From: an uncultured bacterium
GTDB lineage: Bacteria > Patescibacteriota > Minisyncoccia > Phycocordibacterales > Phycocordibacteraceae
Direction of reading: 5' to 3'
Assembly (NCBI GenBank): GCA_903825105.1
Contig: CAIJZI010000006.1
Span: 87,368 to 151,367 of the forward strand
DNA length: 64,000 nt
Positions 10,296-18,854 of the stretch are shown here, one piece after another. The first letter of the stretch is position 1, and every line of letters begins with the position of its first letter. The notes below the pieces were generated by a model. It was given only the letters and a program-made list of their open reading frames with translations, was not told where the DNA came from and did no database searches. Made by a program: the position numbers and the translations under genes.

Positions 10296-10568
10296 ATGGC
10301 ACATACAAAAGCCGGTGGTTCCGCAAAAAACCTCAACGATTCAAACCCGAAGTATCTCGGGGTTAAGCTCGCGGACGGCGCTTCTGCCCGCCCGGGGATG
10401 ATTATCGTTCGCCAGCGCGGTACGAAGATCGAAGCGGGTAAGAATGTCCGCGTTGGACACGACCACACGCTCTTCTCGATGGTTACCGGCACAGTCGCCT
10501 TCCGCACTCGCCGCAAGACCAACTTCGCCGGCCGCATTATGGCGAAAAAAGTCGTAGATGTTGTTTAA
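10296..10568 (+). CDS. rpmA: 50S ribosomal protein L27
   Basis: [12 protein letters not shown]...[15 protein letters not shown] conserved L27 sequence. Confidence 0.95.
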   Translation: MAHTKAGGSAKNLNDSNPKYLGVKLADGASARPGMIIVRQRGTKIEAGKNVRVGHDHTLFSMVTGTVAFRTRRKTNFAGRIMAKKVVDVV

Positions 10569-10574
10569 GTAAAT

Positions 10575-10612
10575 AAAAAAACCGCGCCCACTAGGGGCGC
10601 GGTTTTTTTATT
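10575..10612. terminator. bidirectional rho-independent terminator between rpmA and rplI
   Basis: ccgcgccc-acta-gggcgcgg stem flanked by A-run and T-run. Confidence 0.8.
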
Positions 10613-10614
10613 TC

Positions 10615-11058
10615 TTATTCCGCTTCGATGGTGATAGAGAACTTACCAAATGCGCCGGTGGCAGCGACCGGGATGTCAAAAGTCCCGAGCTCTTTAATAT
10701 GCTTCTCGAGCTTAATCGCGTCTTCAGTGATATCAATGTGCGCTTGCTCCTTCGCCGCTTTTATAATCTCCCTCTCCCCTACCGCGTCATAGAGATGACC
10801 TTTTTCATTTGCCTTCGCGCGGATCACGATGCGCGCTTCAGCCAAGGCGGCGATATTTTGTTCAAGCAGTTTAGCGTCAAGGTGCGTTCGATCGACACGC
10901 TGTTTAACGCGCAGTTCAGCATCCTTCATCGCTGTTGGTGTCGCCGGAATGGCGAGCTTTTTAGGAATTAAGAAGTTAAATGCGTAGCCGTCTGCTGACT
11001 CAATCGTGTCGTGCGCGCGCCCTATCCCCTTCACATCTTTCAATAAAATTACTTTCAT
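10615..11058 (-). CDS. rplI: 50S ribosomal protein L9
   Basis: MKVILLKDVKGIGRAHD...FLIPKKLA conserved L9 N-domain. Confidence 0.9.
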   Translation of the reverse strand: MKVILLKDVKGIGRAHDTIESADGYAFNFLIPKKLAIPATPTAMKDAELRVKQRVDRTHLDAKLLEQNIAALAEARIVIRAKANEKGHLYDAVGEREIIKAAKEQAHIDITEDAIKLEKHIKELGTFDIPVAATGAFGKFSITIEAE

Positions 11059-11169
11059 ATGCTCGTAGCATATCTTATTGCCTACTTATAGTCAAAATTC
11101 CAAGGTTGAACCTTGGGAAAAAAGCCCAGCATCGCTCTGAAGCAATGCTTTATTTATAAAATACAAGTC

Positions 11170-12465
11170 CTACTTCCCCGTTGTTAAGAATTGCACTGCG
11201 CGGGAATATTGAGGGTCGCCAGAAGTGTCGGGAACAAATTTAGGCGTCGAAGTCGCGATGGTTGAAGTAATGTCGGGCGTAACGCCATTGCCCATAATCC
11301 AATGCCCTGCTGGAGTTATCCAACGCGCGACGGTCACCTTAAGCGATCCGCCATCGAGATCCATAAGTGTTTGAACCGAGCCCTTACCAAATGATTTAGT
11401 GCCGACAAGCGTCGCGACTTTATTATCTTGAAGTGCTCCAGCGAGAATCTCTGATGCTGAAGCAGAGCCAGCATCAACAAGCACAACGACTTTTGCCCCA
11501 GATGGAACATCGTTATAGCCCGCGCTGATGTGCGTATTATTTGTATCCTTACCGCCAAAGTCTTCGGTGACTACCGTTGTCCCCTCCCTTAAGAAGTGGC
11601 TCGCGATGTCGACCGCTGATTCAAGATAGCCACCCGGGTTACCGCGTAGGTCGATCACCAATTTTTTAGAACCCGACGCTTTGAATCGATCAAATGCTTT
11701 ATCAAAAAGGCCAGCCGAGTTTGAAGTGAATTCGTAGAGGGCGATGTGATATACACCACTTTTCGCATCGAGACCATCTTCAGTTTCTGGGACTTGAATC
11801 GTTTGACGCACGATCTTTATATCAAGCGATTTTCCTCCGCGGATAATCGTTAAATCGACGGTCGTACCAACTGGCCCGCGTATTTTACTCACTGCTTCAT
11901 CAACCGCGAGGCCTTCAGTCATCTTCCCGTCTATAGCGACAACTTGGTCACCCGCTTTTATTCCCGCCTTTTCTGCTGGCGTTCCCTTCAGTGGGGCTAC
12001 AACAGTGAGCACATTATTTTTTATATCAATTTCCATCCCAACACCGGCGAAGCTACCTGAAATAGTGTCAGAAAATTGTTTTGCCTCTTTTGGAGGGAAG
12101 AATACGGTATACGGGTCGCCATACGAATTCGCGAGACCAGAAATCGCTCCATAAATGCGCTCTTTGATCGAGGGCATTGTTGATGATGCGTGGGTGATCA
12201 CATAATTCGCCTCGAGCGCATTCCACGCTTTCCAAAAATCAGCGAGATCAACGCTCTGGTCTGGCGTTGAATCAAGCCCGTCGCCAATAAGGGGGATGTG
12301 CGAGATAACAGACGATGAACCGTTATGCCCAAAAGAAAATCCGATGCCGAAGGCGATCGCCGCGACGAGAGCGAACTCAACACCGCGCATTACCACGCTG
12401 TTTGGATTTATTTTTATTGTTGGCAACTTCCACGGCAATTTCATTTCAAAAAGTATACCACGCAC
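11170..12465 (-). CDS. carboxy-terminal processing protease (S41) with PDZ domain
   Basis: GSASASEILAGALQDNKVATLVGTKSFGKGSVQ S41 catalytic block; PDZ region; N-terminal TM. Confidence 0.85.
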   Translation of the reverse strand: MRGILFEMKLPWKLPTIKINPNSVVMRGVEFALVAAIAFGIGFSFGHNGSSSVISHIPLIGDGLDSTPDQSVDLADFWKAWNALEANYVITHASSTMPSIKERIYGAISGLANSYGDPYTVFFPPKEAKQFSDTISGSFAGVGMEIDIKNNVLTVVAPLKGTPAEKAGIKAGDQVVAIDGKMTEGLAVDEAVSKIRGPVGTTVDLTIIRGGKSLDIKIVRQTIQVPETEDGLDAKSGVYHIALYEFTSNSAGLFDKAFDRFKASGSKKLVIDLRGNPGGYLESAVDIASHFLREGTTVVTEDFGGKDTNNTHISAGYNDVPSGAKVVVLVDAGSASASEILAGALQDNKVATLVGTKSFGKGSVQTLMDLDGGSLKVTVARWITPAGHWIMGNGVTPDITSTIATSTPKFVPDTSGDPQYSRAVQFLTTGK

Positions 12466-12502
12466 ATTTATTTACACCCTGTGTATATGATATTCTATAC
12501 AT

Positions 12503-13309
12503 ATGTTATTCCGCTACGAGTATCAAAACGGCGTGTGGATTGATCTCGAGAATCCAACAGAAGACGAGCTCCGCGAAGTTGCCAGTGAATTCCCCGTCAG
12601 CAAAAGGATTGAGAATGAACTCCTCTCCCCTACTCAAACACCGCTTGTTATCGCCGACACCGATGCAGCCCTTCTCGTCCTTCATACACCGACACAAGGG
12701 ATAAAAGATGGCGAAACAAAAAGTCAGGAACTCGATTTCGTGGTGAACAATCGCTATATAATTACGACGCATTATGAAGTAGTAGAACCGCTCCACCGGT
12801 TAAAGAAGCTCCTCGAGACGCGCGGGGCTGTCGTCACGGAAGAATTCATCACGACGGATATTTTGCTCGAGATTATTTTTATGCATCTATACGCGTCAGT
12901 ACGCGATCATGTGAACCACATAGTGAGTCGCTTAACGATTGTTGAACAAGAAATGTTTGATGGGAATGGGAAGAAAACCATTCGATCAATCTCAAATATT
13001 AATCGCGAATTTCTCCATTTGAAGTCTGCGCTCGCGAACCAAGAAGACCCGCTTCGCCATTTCTCTGAAATGCTTATGCGACCCGCTGTACTCGGAACAG
13101 AATTTAATGAGCGTTCTGAACATTTGTTTACCGAAAGAAGGCAGTTGATGCGCTTTATCGAGACGCACCACGCGATCGCGCTCGAGCTCCGCGAAGCGAA
13201 TGTTGCGCTCCTCGAGTCACGCCAAAATCAGATTATGACGCTTCTGACAATTGTCACCTTCGGTGTAGAACTTATCGCGCTGGCGCTCGGTATATCTCGA
13301 TTCTTTTAA
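12503..13309 (+). CDS. CorA-like divalent cation transporter family protein, C-terminally short (single TM, no GMN motif)
   Basis: CorA-like cytoplasmic domain architecture; ends after one TM helix (ISRFF*). Confidence 0.45.
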   Translation: MLFRYEYQNGVWIDLENPTEDELREVASEFPVSKRIENELLSPTQTPLVIADTDAALLVLHTPTQGIKDGETKSQELDFVVNNRYIITTHYEVVEPLHRLKKLLETRGAVVTEEFITTDILLEIIFMHLYASVRDHVNHIVSRLTIVEQEMFDGNGKKTIRSISNINREFLHLKSALANQEDPLRHFSEMLMRPAVLGTEFNERSEHLFTERRQLMRFIETHHAIALELREANVALLESRQNQIMTLLTIVTFGVELIALALGISRFF

Positions 13310-13312
13310 TAT

Positions 13313-14773
13313 ATGTCCTGGATCACGCATTTATTTTCTAAACGGGGAAAGGCGGGGCAACCGTCTATTCCTCAATTATTTTTCACCAATACTCTCTCTG
13401 GAGAAAGAGAGCTTTTTATATCTCAAAAGCCGCGTGAGGTGCTGATGTATACCTGCGGGCCAACGATGTACGGAACAGCGCACATCGGCAATCTGCGTGC
13501 TTATATAGTATCGAATACCGTCGCGCGCGCACTTATTTCAGCTGGGTACAGAGTGCGCCAAGTTGTTAATATTACCGATTTCGGACATTTACTATCTGAA
13601 GGTGACACAGGCGAAGATAAGATGACCAAAGGACTCAAGCGAGAAGGACTCGCGCTCTCCCTCGAGAATATGCGCGCACTCGCAGAAAAATATACCGCTA
13701 TCTTTTTACAAGATTTAGAAGAAGTGGGTATCGACATCGATAAAATCACTTTTCCGCGCGCGAGTGACTATGTGCCAGAACAGATTGCCTTTATTAAAAC
13801 ACTTGAACAAAAAGGCTATGCTTATAGAACTAAAAGTGGGGTCTACTTCGACACCTCACGCCCGATACATTATGGCAAGCTCGGAGGAATAAACAAAAAC
13901 GATCAACAAGAGAGTCCTCGCTTAAAATCGCGTGAAGAAAAAAGAAATCCCTCTGATTTCGTATTGTGGAAGCCCGACAACCATCTCGGTTGGCAAAGCC
14001 CTTGGGGGCTCGGCTTCCCCGGCTGGCATATAGAGTGTTCAGCGATGTCGCGCGCACTTCTCGGGCAAGAAATCGATATTCATATGGGCGGACAGGACTT
14101 GATACCAATACACCACAACAATGAAATCGCGCAGTCCGAAGCCGCGAGCGGCAGAACCTTTGTACATTATTGGATGCACAATGCTTTCCTTACGATGGGC
14201 GGGGAGAAAGCGTCTAAGTCGCTCGGTAATGTCGTCTATATGTCAGATGTTATAGAAAAAGGTTTTCATCCACTCGCGCTCCGCTACTTCTTTCTGCAAG
14301 CGCATTATCGCACTCCCCTTTCCTTCTCTTTTGATGCACTCGCGAGCGCAGCGAGCGCACTCGACCGCCTCTGGAAAACTTCTAAAGAGATAAAAGAAGA
14401 ATCAGGCGGTAAAGGTGAGATGTCAGAAGCGACGACGCGATTTCTCGCGACGATCCGCGACGATCTCGCGACGCCACAAGCGATCGGCATTCTTTGGGAT
14501 TCTTTAAAGAGCGAAGAATACACACCGGAACAGAAATGGCGCCTTATCGAAGAAGCAGATGCCCACCTCGGGCTCTCCCTTATTTCTCCTCCTACAAATG
14601 AACTTACCGAGACTGACATACCTGAAGAAGTCAAAAAGATGCTCGACGCGCGTGAAATAGCCCGCAAATCAAAGGATTTTAAGGAGGCAGACCGTATTCG
14701 AGATGAAATCGCGAGCTGTGGATATCGTGTGGAAGACGGCCTCGACGGGCCTATGTTGACCAGACGCTTATAG
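13313..14773 (+). CDS. cysS: cysteinyl-tRNA synthetase
   Basis: [13 protein letters not shown] (HIGH) and KASKSLGN (KMSKS) motifs; Zn-binding Cys. Confidence 0.9.
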   Translation: MSWITHLFSKRGKAGQPSIPQLFFTNTLSGERELFISQKPREVLMYTCGPTMYGTAHIGNLRAYIVSNTVARALISAGYRVRQVVNITDFGHLLSEGDTGEDKMTKGLKREGLALSLENMRALAEKYTAIFLQDLEEVGIDIDKITFPRASDYVPEQIAFIKTLEQKGYAYRTKSGVYFDTSRPIHYGKLGGINKNDQQESPRLKSREEKRNPSDFVLWKPDNHLGWQSPWGLGFPGWHIECSAMSRALLGQEIDIHMGGQDLIPIHHNNEIAQSEAASGRTFVHYWMHNAFLTMGGEKASKSLGNVVYMSDVIEKGFHPLALRYFFLQAHYRTPLSFSFDALASAASALDRLWKTSKEIKEESGGKGEMSEATTRFLATIRDDLATPQAIGILWDSLKSEEYTPEQKWRLIEEADAHLGLSLISPPTNELTETDIPEEVKKMLDAREIARKSKDFKEADRIRDEIASCGYRVEDGLDGPMLTRRL

Positions 14774-16146
14774 TGGTAAAATTGCCAGCAATGGCTACCG
14801 ATCGCGTTCCTCCACAATCACTCGAATCAGAACGCGCCCTGCTCGGTGCACTTCTCTTAAAGCCTGATTCAATTCACGATGTGCTCGATGTGATTCGTCC
14901 GAATTCTTTTTATGCAGAGAAGCATCGCCTCATCTTCGGCGAGATGAGCGAGCTCGCGAGTCGGGGAGAACCAATCGACCTCCTTTCTCTTTCAGAACGA
15001 ATGCAGGATCAAGGGCTTATCGAGAGAAGTGGCGGGAGGAGTTATCTCGCTGAACTGATCAACTCGGCGCCTGCACCAGGAAACTTCTCTCACTATGCCG
15101 ATCTCGTCGCACGAAAGTTTATTATGCGATCGCTTATCGACACCGCATATGAAATCAGCGAATCAGCCTACGACGAATCACGCGACCCGATGGAGGTGCT
15201 CGATCAAGCAGAAAAGAATATTTATTCTATCGGCGACTCTTCGGTCTCACATAAGTTTATCGACATCGCCGACAAGGTGCACGAAGCGTGGGATCGTATC
15301 GAAGCATTGTCAAAAAAAGAAGGTGGGATCCGAGGCGTTCCTTCGGGCTTCCCTTCTCTCGACAACCTGCTCTCCGGCTTTCATCCTTCAGATTTAATTA
15401 TTCTCGCGGCGCGCCCTTCGATGGGTAAAACATCGCTCGCGCTCGATATCGCGCGCAATGCCGCAATAAGACACAACACGCCAGTCGGTATCTTCTCTCT
15501 CGAAATGAGCTCTGAACAACTTATTGATCGTATGCTCGCAGCTGAATCATTCGTCAATTCTTGGAAACTGCGCACGGGTCAGGTAAAAGAAAAAGAAGAT
15601 TTCGAACGCATCCGCGATGCGCTCGAGACGCTCTCGAAAGCGCCGATTTATATTGACGACAAGCCGGGCAACAACATCCTCGCGATGCGCGCCGTCGCGC
15701 GCCGTCTCAAACGAGAAAAGAATATCGGCCTTATCGTCGTCGACTACCTCCAGCTTATGTCACCGACAGCGACAAAGGCATCCGACTCGATGGTTCAACA
15801 AGTGACAGAGTTGTCTCGTTCACTCAAAGGACTCGCTCGAGAACTTAAGGTACCGGTCATCGCACTCTCGCAGCTCAATCGTTCAGTTGAACAGCGTGGC
15901 GGCAAACCGCGACTCTCCGACCTGCGCGACTCGGGCTCGATCGAACAGGACGCTGACGTCGTGATGTTTATTCACCGCGAAGATAAACAAAACAAAGAAA
16001 GCGATCGTCCGAATATCGCTGAAATTTTGATTGAAAAACACCGCAATGGTCCGGTTGGTATGGCAGAATTGTACTTCGACGAGAAGCGCACCACCTTCCG
16101 CCCCGTTGATAATGCCGGCTACGGCGAATTAGCCGAAGAATTTTAA
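14773..16146 (+). CDS. dnaB: replicative DNA helicase
   Basis: DnaB N-domain (ERALLGALLLKPD), Walker A ARPSMGKTSLAL, RecA-like C-domain. Confidence 0.9.
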   Translation: MVKLPAMATDRVPPQSLESERALLGALLLKPDSIHDVLDVIRPNSFYAEKHRLIFGEMSELASRGEPIDLLSLSERMQDQGLIERSGGRSYLAELINSAPAPGNFSHYADLVARKFIMRSLIDTAYEISESAYDESRDPMEVLDQAEKNIYSIGDSSVSHKFIDIADKVHEAWDRIEALSKKEGGIRGVPSGFPSLDNLLSGFHPSDLIILAARPSMGKTSLALDIARNAAIRHNTPVGIFSLEMSSEQLIDRMLAAESFVNSWKLRTGQVKEKEDFERIRDALETLSKAPIYIDDKPGNNILAMRAVARRLKREKNIGLIVVDYLQLMSPTATKASDSMVQQVTELSRSLKGLARELKVPVIALSQLNRSVEQRGGKPRLSDLRDSGSIEQDADVVMFIHREDKQNKESDRPNIAEILIEKHRNGPVGMAELYFDEKRTTFRPVDNAGYGELAEEF

Positions 16147-16147
16147 T

Positions 16148-16771
16148 ATGGATCACATCGACGAGCTCGCAAGCGCCTTTTCACGCTTCCCCGGCATAGG
16201 GCCGCGACAAGGGAAACGATTTGTTTATTATCTTCTTTCTGTGTTGCCTTCTGAGAGAACAAAACTTTCTGAACTTATCCTCTCGCTCGGGAAAAATGTG
16301 AAGCAGTGTCCAGAATGTATGCGCTTCCATAATGGCAATTCGCACGCGATTTGTAATTATTGTTCAGACACAAAGATGCGCGATGATTCGCAACTTTTGA
16401 TTGTTGAAAAAGATCAGGACTTGGCGGCGATCGAACGCGCCGGCTCTTATAAAGGTCGCTACTTCGTTCTTGGTGGAGTGCTCACCCTTTCGGGTAAAGG
16501 CGTGATTCGAGAAAAAGAATTGTTACGCACTATCGAAAAACGCCTTTCTGATCAACACGAAGTGTCGATCAAATTACAGGAAGTTGTCCTCGCCCTTTCG
16601 GCGACGAGCGAGGGCGAACACACCGTCGATCACATCCGCGGACTACTCGCTCCGTGGCGCGATAAAATAAAAATTTCTGAGCTCGGTCGCGGCCTCGCCA
16701 CCGGTAGCGAGCTCGAATACTCTGATGCTGAAACCCTCCGCGCAGCGTTAAGCAATCGTAAGGAAATGTAA
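16148..16771 (+). CDS. recR: recombination protein RecR
   Basis: FSRFPGIGPRQGKR HhH, C4 zinc finger (CPECMRF...CNYC), Toprim. Confidence 0.9.
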   Translation: MDHIDELASAFSRFPGIGPRQGKRFVYYLLSVLPSERTKLSELILSLGKNVKQCPECMRFHNGNSHAICNYCSDTKMRDDSQLLIVEKDQDLAAIERAGSYKGRYFVLGGVLTLSGKGVIREKELLRTIEKRLSDQHEVSIKLQEVVLALSATSEGEHTVDHIRGLLAPWRDKIKISELGRGLATGSELEYSDAETLRAALSNRKEM

Positions 16772-16773
16772 TA

Positions 16774-16794
16774 TTAGGACATCCGATGTCCTAA
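16774..16794. repeat. palindrome TTAGGACATC-C-GATGTCCTAA between convergent recR and sigma-factor stops (copy 1 of 2)
   Basis: Perfect 10-bp inverted arms; identical core recurs at 18828..18846. Confidence 0.8.
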
Positions 16795-16797
16795 CTT

Positions 16798-17310
16798 TTA
16801 CGGATGCTGGTACAAGATGCGGAGTTTTTCGAGACCACGATAGGCTTGAACGGCGATTGCATTTTTTGACTGCCCCGTGACCATCGACATTTCTCGAAGC
16901 GATAACCCTTCGACATATTTCATTCGCATCACATTTCGATATTTTTCTGGCAGGCGATGAATAAGTATCAACGATCTCTTCCCATCCAAAAGGTTCACAA
17001 AATTTTTCGCAGAACTGTCGCTCGGCTCGTACCCTTTTTCTAAAAGAATATCGAGCGATGATGTCTTGCGTTTTCGATATTGATCAACGATAAGATTATT
17101 CAAAATTCTATATAAAAAAGCTCTCATCAATTCTATCTTCCCTTTTTTTACTAAATACACCCAGGTCTTCATAAAGGTGTCCTGCACCATATCTTCGCCG
17201 ATTTCATGATCGTTCAATTTGAAGAATGCGTAGGAATTAAGCCCTTTGTTGTAGTCTCGGTAGGCGTCGGTCAAGACTGTTTCTTTGTTTGGAGTTTTTA
17301 GAGGCATCAT
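16798..17310 (-). CDS. ECF-type RNA polymerase sigma factor (sigma-70 region 2 and region 4)
   Basis: Region 2 (DMVQDTFMKTW) and region 4 HTH (LSLREMSMVTGQSKNAIAVQAYRGLEKLR). Confidence 0.8.
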   Translation of the reverse strand: MMPLKTPNKETVLTDAYRDYNKGLNSYAFFKLNDHEIGEDMVQDTFMKTWVYLVKKGKIELMRAFLYRILNNLIVDQYRKRKTSSLDILLEKGYEPSDSSAKNFVNLLDGKRSLILIHRLPEKYRNVMRMKYVEGLSLREMSMVTGQSKNAIAVQAYRGLEKLRILYQHP

Positions 17311-17441
17311 ACATTAAGACGCGCCAGATCGAACATTATTACAAGCCAATTACAGAGCCGCAGGCCAAGAGAAATGAAACGGTTTACTCATTATACCTTG
17401 TATTGCCGTAATAATACAGTCGCAGAGCCGTCTCAAGAGGT

Positions 17442-17978
17442 ATGAAAACAACACTTACAGGCGACGCGCTTTTAGAACATGTGTGGGAAGAAAGTTGGAC
17501 CTATATCAAGACGGTGGTCGATATCGTGCGTGAACCAATCCTCATCCTCGATAAAAATCTGTGTGTGATGGCGGCGAACGATTCTTTTTATCGTACCTTC
17601 CAAGTTGAGAAGAAAGATACGGAGAAAAAAATTATTTATGAGCTCGGGAATGGCCAGTGGAATATCCCTGCATTAAGAAAACTGCTCGAAGATATCTTGC
17701 CAAAAAACACTTTCTTTAAGGGCTTCGAGGTGTCGCACGAATTCCCTTCGGTCGGACACAAAGTGATGATCTTGAATGCGAGACAAATTCATTTTAAAGA
17801 AGATATTTTCCCGCAGACCATATTTCTCGCAATGGAGGATGTGACCGATATGATGGCAGTCGCTGAAACGCTCGCGAGCCACGCTAAACAATTTGAAGCT
17901 CGACTCACGGATCAGACACAAAGACTCGAAACGCAGATTCTCGCCTTACAAAAAGAAATGTCTGTCCTAAAAAAGTAA
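17442..17978 (+). CDS. PAS-domain protein with C-terminal coiled coil (no output domain)
   Basis: PAS-like fold signature in residues about 20-130, heptad C-terminus; divergent from the sigma factor gene. Confidence 0.5.
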   Translation: MKTTLTGDALLEHVWEESWTYIKTVVDIVREPILILDKNLCVMAANDSFYRTFQVEKKDTEKKIIYELGNGQWNIPALRKLLEDILPKNTFFKGFEVSHEFPSVGHKVMILNARQIHFKEDIFPQTIFLAMEDVTDMMAVAETLASHAKQFEARLTDQTQRLETQILALQKEMSVLKK

Positions 17979-18076
17979 TTTTGTAATGCCTGTAATATCT
18001 TCTCCGTCACTACGGCATCAGCTATAGAGGTCGAATATCCTACAAAGAAATCACATTACAAACAAATTTATAAACT

Positions 18077-18772
18077 ATGACTACAAAAACAATTCTCAGT
18101 AAGAATCTCGCCCTTCTTGGCGTCGGATTCGCCGTTATTATCTTCGTATCTTTTGGCTTTGGATCGCTCTCGGCACACGCCGCGACGATAAGCCAGCAGC
18201 TCGAATTGGGTTCTCAAGGACAAGATGTCTCAACGCTCCAGGGTTATCTCTCAACAAATAGCGAATGGTATCCATCCGCTCTTGTTACAGGATACTTCGG
18301 TAGCTTAACGCAGGGCGGTGTGCAGAAATTCCAAACCGCACAAGGTATCGTCTCGAGTGGCTCTCCAGCGACAACAGGCTACGGCCGCGTTGGCCCCTCA
18401 ACACTCGCAAAATTGAATTCGCTCATGAATTATGGTGGCCAGTCTAATCTCTACACCGCTCCCATATTGAGCCCGCTTGTGATCCAAACAACACAGACAA
18501 CAGTGACACTCTCATGGTCAACCAATGAACCAACCACTGGTCAAGTATATTGGAGCACGAACCCTATCCAGTCAGACGAGGCGACAGGGCCAAACCAGAT
18601 GCCGTATGTGAGCGGAACGCTCGCGCTCGACGCTGGCGGTCTCCAGACAAATCATATGATCACTGTCTCAAATCTACAGTCAGGTACCGTCTATCATGTC
18701 TTCACCCGTAGCACCGATGCTTCAGGTGATATGACACTCACTCTCGACGACACATTCCGAACCAACTACTAA
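18077..18772 (+). CDS. secreted protein with peptidoglycan-binding domain and fibronectin type III-like domain
   Basis: Signal/TM; PG_binding_1-like block (LGSQGQDVSTLQGYL...GYFGSLTQGGVQKFQ); FN3-like (TVTLSWSTNEPTTGQVYW). Confidence 0.6.
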   Translation: MTTKTILSKNLALLGVGFAVIIFVSFGFGSLSAHAATISQQLELGSQGQDVSTLQGYLSTNSEWYPSALVTGYFGSLTQGGVQKFQTAQGIVSSGSPATTGYGRVGPSTLAKLNSLMNYGGQSNLYTAPILSPLVIQTTQTTVTLSWSTNEPTTGQVYWSTNPIQSDEATGPNQMPYVSGTLALDAGGLQTNHMITVSNLQSGTVYHVFTRSTDASGDMTLTLDDTFRTNY

Positions 18773-18794
18773 AGTAGTATTCCCGCAAAAAGAA

Positions 18795-18825
18795 AAGCCC
18801 TCACTAGGAGGGCTTTTCTTTTTAT
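18795..18825 (+). terminator. rho-independent terminator
   Basis: gccctc-actag-gagggc followed by a T-run. Confidence 0.8.
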
Positions 18826-18848
18826 ATTAGGACATCCGATGTCCTAGT
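18826..18848. repeat. palindrome TATTAGGACATCCGATGTCCTAG (copy 2 of 2)
   Basis: Same core as 16774..16794, again at a convergent gene junction. Confidence 0.8.
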
Positions 18849-18854
18849 TTATTT

